A DNA stretch of 63,803 nt, counting the filler, from Conidiobolus incongruus B7586 (lineage: Eukaryota): the NCBI GenBank assembly GCA_000697335.1. It is 19 parts of 19 records of this genome, joined end to end, with 100 filler letters (N's around TTAATTAATTAA, not from the genome) between each part and the next. Parts side by side here need not be neighbours in the genome. Positions count along the whole stretch, not along the records: positions 47,569 to 52,362 come from JNEM01004415.1; positions 52,463 to 54,412 come from JNEM01004417.1; positions 54,513 to 57,194 come from JNEM01004421.1; positions 57,295 to 58,303 come from JNEM01004423.1; positions 58,404 to 59,552 come from JNEM01004424.1; positions 59,653 to 60,941 come from JNEM01004425.1; positions 61,042 to 62,702 come from JNEM01004426.1; positions 62,803 to 63,803 come from JNEM01004429.1; 11 more parts are not named here. One strand, 5' to 3'. The translations under genes were made by a program, and so were the position numbers. Below the pieces are notes generated by a model. It searched no databases. It saw nothing but the letters and a program-made list of their open reading frames with translations, and was not told the origin of the DNA. Every line of letters starts with the position of its first letter. The stretch's first letter is position 1. This document shows positions 52,343-63,803 of this stretch, piece by piece.

Positions 52343-55300
52343 TTTAATATATAAACCTATAANNNNNNNNNNNNNNNNNNNNNNNNNNNNNNNNNNNNNN
52401 NNNNNNTTAATTAATTAANNNNNNNNNNNNNNNNNNNNNNNNNNNNNNNNNNNNNNNNNNNNATTTAGTAGAATATTTAATTTATTATTTTTAAACACAA
52501 AGTATAATTTGTTTAGTTTTATCTTAAAAAAAGGGATTTTAATAAGAGATATTAAGGGTTTACTAATTATAATATATTTAGTTATAAAATTAATATAAAA
52601 AGATAATTTGTTAAGAAATTATATTCTTAAAATAACTAGTATAGATGAATTAATCAAGTAAAATTATATAGTAATATTAATATTTTCTACAGATATTATA
52701 ATAAAACATGTAATTAAATTCTTATTATTTATTATTCTATTATTAATACTAATAACTTTATAAAGTTTATTATTTAAGTTATATTTAAACTTAAATTTTC
52801 TTAATATTTTTTTAACATATAATATTTTAAATTATTAGTATTGATTATATAATAAAGTTTAATTTCTCCTACTTTTATTTTAATAAATAAGTGTGAAATA
52901 AAGATAAAAGTTTAATCTAAGATAATAGCTAGTAATTTATTACTATTTAACTTTAGTAAGTTTAGCTCTATTTGTTTTATATTAATATTAGTTATTTTAG
53001 AGACTTATTGAGTTTTTTGATTATTTAAGTTAAATCTATAATTTAACTTTTGATATTTAAGTTTAATATATATTGAACATAAATTTAAGGATATTTTACA
53101 ATTAACTTTTTGTTATAAAAGGATATAGTTATTAAATTTTATATTTTGATTAATTAATTGTAAATAAGGTTTTAATTAATAATTATTTAATAAATATTAT
53201 TGTTTTAATTTAATTACTTTTTCTATAATTTTTTAAAATAAATTATTAGTTGAAATTCTACTAAGTTTTTCTTTTTAGTAAAAAAGTAAATTATTGATGA
53301 AATATATATTTTATATTTTAAAGGATAATATAGATTTTTTCAACAAGCTTATATATTTAATGATATACTTGCTAACAAATATTTTAATTTTTTAAATATA
53401 TTTTTTTATCTAGATATTAGCTTTATTTAAAGAATTTTTAAATTTAAAAAATATATAAAATTTTCTTTTAAATTATTTAAAGTTGTTAAATAAAGTAGGT
53501 TTTTTTTCTAGTGTAATTTTAACTTAAATATAAATTTCTTCTTATAAGAAGTTCTTTAATAAGTTTACTTTAATAGAGTTTTTATTATAGTTTTAGTTGT
53601 AATAGTTAATATATTAGTTAAGTTTCTAAATATATAGGTTAATATCTTTATAATTCCCTAAAAATATAATATTAAATATAACTATATTATATATAATCTA
53701 GCTAGAAAATATAAGATTAGATAAGTTAATATAGTTATTAATAATTACTTAAAGTTAAGTTTTATTAGATTTTTTCTTTATTGTTAAATCAAGTAAAAGG
53801 TTTATCATTATAATTACTATAATAAGTATTATAAGTATAGTTCATATATATTAGCAAATAAAAATTTAATAGATGATAATAATAAAAAATATACCTAATA
53901 TTTTAATATTTAATTTGAAAAAAAGAAAGTAGAATATACTATCAAAACCAAACAAATATAAATTAATCTAAGGTTTAAAAAGTTAGGAATAGTATTCCTT
54001 TAAAGTATTAAATATATAAAGTATCATCACAATTATTAATATTTTATATAAAAATCTAATATTATTACCAATTAAAAATCCCAAGATATTATAAAAAAAA
54101 GTTGATATAAATAAAAAAATATAAAATATAATTTATAATCCTAAAGGAAATAATAGAAAGTTAAAGTTAAACGTGTTAATTGCATTAAATATAGATATAG
54201 TAAAAAACTATTTCTATATTATTTAAAAAAGGTTATTCTTAATACTAATAATAATAAATTTATTATAAATTAGTTTTGTTGATAATTAATATAGATATTC
54301 TACTTATAGTTAATATTTTAAGTAGATAAAATATTTATATTAATCTAGATAGAAAAAACTTATTAGTTTAATAATTGGAAAATAAAAGTTTTTTTATTAT
54401 TGAGGTTTTATANNNNNNNNNNNNNNNNNNNNNNNNNNNNNNNNNNNNNNNNNNNNTTAATTAATTAANNNNNNNNNNNNNNNNNNNNNNNNNNNNNNNN
54501 NNNNNNNNNNNNAAAAATTATAAATATATATATATATTTCATTACTATAGCATATAGTTAGCTAATATATTCTCAATACAAATAAATCTGTTAATAATTT
54601 TTGCAAATATTTGAATCACTATACAAATTCAATAATTTCATTACATTTTATTGAAATATTTAAAAATAATTTTCATATTAACTATTTCTAATAAATTACC
54701 AAATAATTCAAATATTTATATATTTTAACTATATATTAATAAAAAAAATATTTAACTTTTGAATCAAATAAGTTAATAGTATTTTGAAAATTATATATAT
54801 ATTATAAAAATTTATTTGGATTTAGAATATAAGTCAAATTAAAATAGTATTTTGTTCAAAATATTATTAATACCTTTCAATAAATACTGTGTAATTAATT
54901 GAAAATTGATCTGTAGTAAATATAAAGAAAAAAATAATATATAATTTAGGATTTTTTCACAATTAATTTATTATTTTTACAAATTTATATTATAAATTTC
55001 AAAAATACAAAGATATAATAATAATTTCTATAAAATATCAATACAAATACTAAATATATAATCTATTGTTCTATATTTTTATTATTTTAATTCAATATTC
55101 TTAATATTATTAATAAAGTTATATTATAATTTATCAAAATTAATATAATAAATCAATTTATTAACTTGAACATAATTCTAAATTATTTATGATATATTTG
55201 TATAAATAAATATTATTTTATTAGGTAGTGGTTTTTGAAATAGAAGGGAAAAAAAATAAAATTAATATTATTTTTAGTTAATGTATGGAAATATTAATTT

Positions 55301-57479
55301 TGAAATAAATAGAATATCAAAATAAACAAAATATTTTATTATTTTTTTATATCATAATATATATGTTAATTATTAATACATAATGAATTAAATAAAATTT
55401 TTACTAAAATTATAGTAATAAAAATTCATAAATAATTATTAAATTTTTGAATAAATATTTCTTATAATAGTTTTTATTATATTGATTAAAATTTTATTAC
55501 GATTTAAATCTCAAATTATAAAATTTCTTATAGTTCAATTATATTTAATTTTTTATTCTTTTTATTATTTTTCTTAATTGTTATATATTCATTTTTGAAT
55601 TAAAATATTATATATATTATTAATATTATATAAGTCCTATTATAATATTATTTATAAATCAATTAAATCATTAACATTGGTAATATCAAATAATATCAAT
55701 TTTTTCAAATTAATTATTAAAAAAATTAAATCAATTAATTAGAATGAATCTAAATAATTAATTATTTTCAAATATATATGTTTATATAATAAATAAATAT
55801 AGTGATTCTTGATGAAACTGAAAATAATATTATATCAAGATATACGGTCATAATATTTTTTAAAAGGAATTTGTTTAATTATATCAAAATATATTAATAT
55901 TAATCTTTGTTAATAAAGTTTATTTTACTGAAATTAATCAAATTCAAATTTTTTTCTAATCAAAAATATTTTAATTAATTAACAAAATCAAAAAATCATA
56001 AAAATAAAAATTTAATATAAATGAAATTTAATTTCCTTATATATATGTAATTATTATCAAAATCATATATTTATTTAATATTTTTGATAATAAATATATA
56101 ATAATTTATTTATACAATTATATTGATATATAAAATATGAAAATATTTGATTAATGCGATAGATTAAATTTTAAGTACGAAATTTAATATATATTTACAA
56201 TATCTTCTACTTTAATAATTTGAATAAAATTCATTATTATTAATTATAAATTATTTTTATAATAAAACTAAAAGAAAATATTCAAATTAATTAAAAAAAA
56301 ATATATAATTATATTATCATCATTAATATTAAAATTTATTAAAATATAACTTGAAATAACAAATAATAAAAAAATTATAATTTATTAAAATTATTCTTTA
56401 ATTGATTAATATTTGTAATTAAAAATTGATCAATAATACTATAAAATAGTGTTAGTTAATCTAACAGAGTATAATTAAATTGTAAATATAAAATAATATA
56501 TCAAATAATATAACAATATATTATTGGAATGTAAACAAATTTGAAATAAGGTTTAAATTAGGATGAGTCCCAATATATTAAGATTTATATTAAATAATAT
56601 CAATTTAATATAATATTTACAAAATATAGTTGCGATTTTCAGGAATAATAAAAAAAATAAATTAAAGAAAATAAATCAATTTATTGAATAATTAAATACT
56701 ATTTATATAATTGTTTAACTAAGAAATTATTAATATATTATATCAAAAAATATAATTGAAATTTAAAATTAATATGTATAAATATTTTGGTAACTGGTTT
56801 AAATATTTTATTATCTGATAATTCATTTTATTTCCAAATAAAAGCAAATAAAGTTTAGAATTTCAATTCTGAATTAATTTAATTATTAAATTTATATATA
56901 ACGCAATAATTGTTATTAAGAATTCAATTAAGTTTAGCGAAATTAAGATTTTTTATTAAAAAATATTATATATTCTTTTAAATCAATTAATTCCATATAT
57001 TTTTTAATCTTCATTTGAACTAAATAATTTTATATATTTAAATTTTAATTATTTAAAATTTTGGATATAAAATTTATTAATAATAAGGTGAAATAATAAA
57101 TAATAATTATTAAGTTCATTACCTTTTATTACATATTGAATTATTTTTTTAAATTTTATTTTGTCAAAAAATTTGATAAAAAACATTCTATAATNNNNNN
57201 NNNNNNNNNNNNNNNNNNNNNNNNNNNNNNNNNNNNNNTTAATTAATTAANNNNNNNNNNNNNNNNNNNNNNNNNNNNNNNNNNNNNNNNNNNNTTTTAA
57301 TTTTTTATAATTATTTTTAAGTATGATTAATTATTTTAAAAACTTTATTAATAAAAATATTAAACTTATTTTACTTTTAATTAATTTATTTTATAAAAAT
57401 ATATTTTAAATTTAAAAATATTTTAAATATTTTACTTTGAATTATTTAATTAATATTATAACTACAATTCTAATATTAA

Positions 57480-57900
57480 AAAGTTTTAACCTTTTTTTAC
57501 TTATTAATTTAATAATTAATGCTTTTAATTACACTATTAAAGGTTAGTTTAATTAATTTAATTCTATAAATTTCAATATTAATTTTTTTAATTATTTTAA
57601 AAAGAAAGTAATAATTAAAACTTTAAAACTTAATAGACTTTTAGTTAATTTTCTATATTAATTTTTTTTAAAACATATAAAAATCTTACTAAAGATATTT
57701 TATTAAAAAAAACTTATTTTAAACTATTACCTATCAACTTTAATAATTTAAATAATTATTATATAATATATAAAATTTTTAACTATAGAAAATATTATAA
57801 CAAAAAATAATACCTTGTTTAATAGCTTAAATACCTATTAAGTAAAGCTACTTAAGAAGATAAAATTAATATCTTTTATATATTTACTTATTTTAACTTT
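57480..57900 (+). mobile_element. possible non-LTR (LINE) reverse transcriptase remnant
   Basis: About 57650-57710 reads FYINFFKTYKNLTKDILLKK (allowing for homopolymer slippage), resembling a transition-damaged xxDFxKAYDxxxRxxLxxK. Composition is depleted in the same way as the other TEs. Confidence 0.3.
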
Positions 57901-58403
57901 AAGTCTAAGAAATACTTTTGAAAAGAGACTTTAATGTATTATAATAAAGTTTAAAAAAAGTATCATATATTTATCTAATTAATTTATATATATTTTATCT
58001 TTTATGTTAGTTTACTTATAAACTATCTTTTATCCTACTTTCCTTTAAATTAATTTATTTATATTTTAATATTAAGGGAAGAACATATCACAAGGATTTA
58101 TTTAGCTATTTATTTATTTATTTAACTATCTATTTATTTATTTGTCTAAAAGAATTAATTTTAAATTTTATTAAAAACTTCTAATAAAATTCTATATAAC
58201 TATATTTTAATTTTATAACTTACTTATATTTTAACTTAATTTAATTTAATATAATTATTTTGATTTTTAATATTAAAGTAATATAGATATTATTAAAAGA
58301 CTANNNNNNNNNNNNNNNNNNNNNNNNNNNNNNNNNNNNNNNNNNNNTTAATTAATTAANNNNNNNNNNNNNNNNNNNNNNNNNNNNNNNNNNNNNNNNN
58401 NNN

Positions 58404-59552
58404 AATATGATGATAGTTAAAGGTAAAAAATTATAAAATAAATTAATTACTAGAATATTTTTAATTTTTAATAATTTAATTAATTAGATCTTTCTAGTAT
58501 ATATATTTTAATTTATAGAATCATTAATTTATTATAATTTTTGTAAATTAAATTAAAATCTATTAATTATGAAAAAAGTGATTTTAAAATTTTATTAATA
58601 TTATTCAAGTTTAATTTGTGGTTAATAGTTTAAAATTATTAAGAATTAAATAAGTGTTGTTTTTTAAAAAAATACTTATTAACTTTATAGTTAACTTATG
58701 TTTTTTGATATTAATAGTAATTTTTTTTACTCTCAAATAAGTTTTAACTTTTTTACTAAATGTTTTCTCATAGAACTTTAAAACAAAAATATATATCATT
58801 TAAAATTTAAATAGGTGAAAGTAAATTTTAAAAGATTAATTTTTAAGGTAGGAAAATTTATTTATAAAGAATATCATCAATCACAATTATTATATTACAA
58901 ATATTAAAAAAACATATTATTAAAATATTGTTTGTTAATTAACTAGAAATTTACTTTAAGTTTAAAGTTTTATAATAACTTATAGATTTATTTTTTTTCA
59001 GTGATATTTAAAATGGTTAAATATATCTCATTGAATTTTTCAACTAATTACCTTATAAAAGTTTTTTATTTAAGTTAAGAAAGCTTTTCTTTTACTAATT
59101 AAACTTAATATTTTCAGTAATATTTTTTTTAAAAGTTTTTTCCAACTATTTAAAGGTTTATATTTTTAAAATAAATTATCCCCTTAAAAACTCTTTAAGA
59201 TTAAGTTTATAATAAGTTAATTATTAATTATAAATAGATTTTTCCAAAAAAAATAGTTAATGTAAAGATATTCTTTAAATCTTTATCAGAAATTGAATTA
59301 AAGTAATTCTGTATATTTTTAAAGTAATTATTAAGTTCATAAGGGTTTTTAAAACTATTATAAATAGTTAATTTATTTTTAAAAATATTAAAGAGATATT
59401 TTAATATATTAACTAGAGTTAAATAGCCAGTTTATTAAATTTAAACTTTTAAATTATATTTTTCTTAACTAAAAGTTATTTAATATAAGTTTTTAAAAGG
59501 CAACAAATTTTTAAAAACTAAAGTTTTAAATTCACTCAATAATTGAATTATT
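58404..59552 (-). mobile_element. gag-region fragment of the same Gypsy family
   Basis: Reverse complement of about 42370-43525. Confidence 0.8.
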
Positions 59553-59737
59553 NNNNNNNNNNNNNNNNNNNNNNNNNNNNNNNNNNNNNNNNNNNNTTAA
59601 TTAATTAANNNNNNNNNNNNNNNNNNNNNNNNNNNNNNNNNNNNNNNNNNNNATTTATAATATATTTTTTATTTTTTAATTATTATAAATAAATAAATTT
59701 AATAATTAAAAATTATATAATCAATAAATATTAAAAT

Positions 59738-60941
59738 TATAAATATAATAGAAAAAGTTTACAAATGTAATATAAAGGAAAACTTGATATAAAAATAATA
59801 AAATATAAAATATAATGATATAGCATAAATTATAATATAAAAATATCAGCAAAGTTTAATTAAACTTTAAACTGGGATATGTTATTGATATATTAAGACT
59901 TATATTAGGTAGCACCGATATTTTATAATATTAATAGAATATAATCTTAATTTTAGAAATAATATAAAAAATAAAAAATAATAAAAATTAAGAAAAAAAG
60001 AAAAATTTAATCTATTAAAATAATCTAATATTATTTATATAATTAATTTAGCTATAAAAGTAATAATTAACTATATAATTTATAGTTAATTAAATTATAA
60101 AAAAATAAATATAAGAATTTAAAAAAACTAATCTTTTAATACTCCCCTAATAAGTTTTTTAGAAAAAAGACACTCTTTAGATTTTTACAATTAAGTATAA
60201 TAAGCTAAGATATTTTTAATATTTTCTAGGGGTTTTTATATAGTTTCTATAATAAGATAACTTATCTATTTTATATAAAAATATAGTTTATTCCTAATAG
60301 ATTTAGATTTAATTATATAATTAATATAGTATTCTTTTTTTCTATTTTATATAATAATTAAATATAATTTTAAGATTTTGAATTAATTAAAAAATATATT
60401 AAAATCTTAAAAATAAAGTTTGATTTTTAATATTTGAAAGGTAAAGTTAATCCTTAAAATTAAAGATAACTTTAAGATAATATTTTAAAAATTTAAATCA
60501 ATAGATTAAATCTTATAAAAACTATAATATAATGGTAAGTATTTTAGATTTATGCTAGATTTAAGTGAAGTAAATTTAATGGTAGATTATTCTAAATATA
60601 CAAATATATTAGTTATATATTTAAGAGGATTTCTAAATGACTTTGAATATTATTATTCTATAATTTTTTAATTTTTTTCTAAATTAAATTTAATAAAGAA
60701 ATTAATATATCTGATATTAGATTAAAATTTAATAATATTTAAAATAAATTGATTTAAAGTTTTAAAACAATTATTAAATTAGGGTGTTTGTTATAATTGA
60801 TGAAAAAATGGTTAAAAATAGTTGATTTATTAATAAAAATATTATATGAATATTATAATTTAATTTATTAATATTAATATAAGTTTTAATCATTTTTTTT
60901 AAAATTTTAATAGTTTTTTTAATAAGTTTATTATTTTAGTA
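59738..60941 (-). mobile_element. 3' end of the same Gypsy family (integrase tail, chromodomain, PPT, LTR 59738-60141)
   Basis: Reverse complement of about 46270-47468; the PPT is better preserved (TTAGGGGAG). Confidence 0.85.
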
Positions 60942-61058
60942 NNNNNNNNNNNNNNNNNNNNNNNNNNNNNNNNNNNNNNNNNNNNTTAATTAATTAANNN
61001 NNNNNNNNNNNNNNNNNNNNNNNNNNNNNNNNNNNNNNNNNCACAGATTAATAATATA

Positions 61059-62669
61059 TACTAGCTTGTAAAAATAAGTAATAAAATTATGATTATATAT
61101 ATTATTATCAATAACTCTATTAATTCTTAATCAAATTAATTTAAATTAAAACATAAAATAAACTTATATAATTTATTTATAATTAAGTATATTTGATCTA
61201 ATTATATTAACTTTTAGTTGATATTTCAATATTTAAATTTTATCTAAGATAAGTCATAAATATATATATTTTGGTTATGAAAAGAAAATTAAAATATAAT
61301 ATATTTATATTTTGCTTTCTTAACTTCCTTAAGTATATAGGGTATAAAGTCAACTAATTTCTTATATTAAGAAGGATTAATTTTTTTCTAAGTTTCTTGA
61401 ATATATTCCCAAAACTTATTTAAATATTTTGCTAATAGGAAAGCTTTAATTCCTTTTTTTAACTGATCTTAAAGTTATTCAATTAGATTAAAGTTAGGGG
61501 ATTGAAAAGGCTGCTTCATAACTATTATTTTATTATTTTTAAACCATTTGGTAGTAGAATTAGTAATAAAACAAAGGGTATTATCTTATTGGGAAATAAC
61601 ATCTGATTTATCTAATCTATATCATTTAATAGTTTTTTTTAATTTATTATTTAAAATATTTTAATATATTTCAGCATTAATTCCCCTATTAACTTTACAA
61701 AGATACCTTACACCAAAAGATAATATATATCCTTAAACTTTAATTAACCCACCATTATATTTTTTGGGTTAAAATAACATAATGGTCTTAAAATAGTTTT
61801 TTGTCTTTTTTGAAATATTTAGCTTTTTATTTAGTTTTACTAAAGTATATTTTTGTTTTATCAGATTAAATACCCTTACTCTAATCAGTTTTAGTTCAAT
61901 TTTAGTGATGATATTTAAACTCCTACCTGGTTTTATAATAGGACTACTTTAGTTAGGGGTGTTTTTTCTTGAAATGTAAGCAGTATTTATTACAATATTA
62001 AGCATGTATAATAATATCAATATTAACTAATATTTTTATATATTTTTATATTTCTTTTTGTATTTTTATAGTAGTATCATACCTACTTGTACTAACTAAC
62101 CTATAAATATATCTTTTATTATATTTATCTATAATCTTAATACACTTAAGTTTAGGTTTAGATATATCCTTATTATAATTTTTGATAACCTTAGTTATAA
62201 TAGACTAACTAGCACCAGTAATTCTAGCAATCTTATAAGTTAATTTTTCATTACCATAAAATTAATTAATATATAAATAAATTATTTTAGAAAGGGATTT
62301 AGGTATTTTAATACTAATATTATTTAAAATAATAATTTACAAAAATAATTTACAAAAATAATTTACAATAGGAAAATATATATATATATATATATAATTC
62401 AATAAAAGAAAAAAAAGATTTAAGCAATTTTTGTTTTAAATATCATTTTAACTTTTAAACTTATAAATTTATAACTTATCCTATTTAAAATTTAAAATTT
62501 GATATATTAAACAATAATATATTAAATATAATTAAATATAACCTATTATAATCAGGTATTATACCTTAATTATATATTTTAATTTAAATTAATTTGGTTA
62601 AGAATTATTGAAGTTATAAGTAAATATATAAGTGATTTTTATTTTATAACTCATTTTTGCAAGCTAATG
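61059..62669 (-). mobile_element. second full-length degenerate Tc1-like copy
   Basis: Same TIRs and TA flanks; reverse complement of 36650-38226. Reads DVISQ*DNTLC and PFQSPNFNLIE. Confidence 0.85.
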
Positions 62670-62802
62670 TATTTATAATTATTCCTAAATATATTAAATT
62701 ATNNNNNNNNNNNNNNNNNNNNNNNNNNNNNNNNNNNNNNNNNNNNTTAATTAATTAANNNNNNNNNNNNNNNNNNNNNNNNNNNNNNNNNNNNNNNNNN
62801 NN

Positions 62803-63803
62803 ATAAATTATTTTAAAGCTAAGAAAAAAATTATATTAACCTTATTAAAATTTAAATAACTAATTTTAATTATCATCATTTTAATTATTAATAAAATTAA
62901 AAAATATATTAAAAGTTATTTTTTGCCTTAATTAAAAAAAATATGAAGATATTTTAATATTATCATAGAAATATTTTATATATACTAAAGTTCAAATTTA
63001 AAACAATTAATCGAAATATAAATAAGTATTTTATAATTTAACTAAAACTTAAAAAAATTAAATTAAGTATTTTTAAATAAAACTTATTTAAATATTTCTA
63101 GGAGTTAAAACTTTTATAATTAATTATAATAATTGATAAGTTTTAAATCCTTTTATATAATCCTTTATTAAAATATAAATTAAAATAATAAATTAAGCTA
63201 AATTAATCCCTTTTATATATCTTTTTAAATAAATATTTTGTTAATAAGCTAGAGTTAATTATTATGATAGATTATAATAATATATATTATTTTAATATAT
63301 TTCCTGAAAAAAAATCAATTAATAATAAGTTATATATTTTTTTTAAATCAGTCTCTTTTTAATTGGTATTTTTAATAATTTACAAAAACCTCTTTTTTTG
63401 ATTAATATTTATTAAATATATAAATTTAAAGCTATTATAAGTTTTTTAATTAAAAATAGTTAGAAAAAATTAATATATTTAATATATTTCTTAAATTTTA
63501 GCTTTAATGATTATAATTGTTTTAGGTAATTAAAAAATCAATATATAGGAAAAAAACTTTTTATAAAAATAATTCAATTAATTTATAAAACAAGAAATTC
63601 TAATCTTTAATAAAAACTATTTCTTAAAAATTAGAAATTTATCAAAAATATTAAAAAAATGCTATTAATAATCAAGAGACTATTAATTTTTTATATTATT
63701 TAATAAAATATCAATTAATATTTATTACAATAAATTCCTTTTATTAAAATTATATAGTAATATATATTTTATATATTTTAATAGTTTTATATTTATTTTC
63801 TTA
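62803..63803 (+). mobile_element. mariner-like copy, central and 3' part
   Basis: Collinear with 11965-12860, starting AAATTATTTTAAAGCTAAGAAAAAAATTA; retains GATTATAATTGTTTTAGG (DYNCFR). Confidence 0.7.

Noticed and set aside
54513..57194. Extremely AT-rich contig as organellar DNA or centromere
   Set aside because: No recognisable genes, RNAs or repeat unit; no call can be supported.

Overview
Very AT-rich eukaryotic sequence, probably fungal. Short GT-AG introns, intronless alpha-arrestin and cAMP-receptor-like GPCR genes and a FAN1 without an evident UBZ finger suggest an early-diverging fungus such as an Entomophthorales/Conidiobolus-like species; this taxonomy is inference only. The window consists of 19 contigs joined by 18 artificial N-TTAATTAATTAA-N linkers. 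Apparently intact genes sit in small islands of normal GC: two alpha-arrestin-like genes, a 7TM GPCR, a six-exon FAN1 nuclease, an Mps1/TTK-like kinase and tRNA-Pro(CGG). Much of the AT 'desert' between them decodes as dead transposons: a near full-length chromodomain Ty3/Gypsy element plus fragments, at least 5 Tc1-like pieces and about 8 mariner-like pieces. Their C and G bases have been largely converted to T and A. Differences between copies are mostly C:G->T:A transitions on both strands, CpG is practically absent, two ~300-bp solo-LTR-like elements escaped, and neighbouring genes carry transition-type stop codons. The leading hypothesis is a RIP-like repeat hypermutation defence, possibly outside the lineages where RIP is established. 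All alignments were done by eye.
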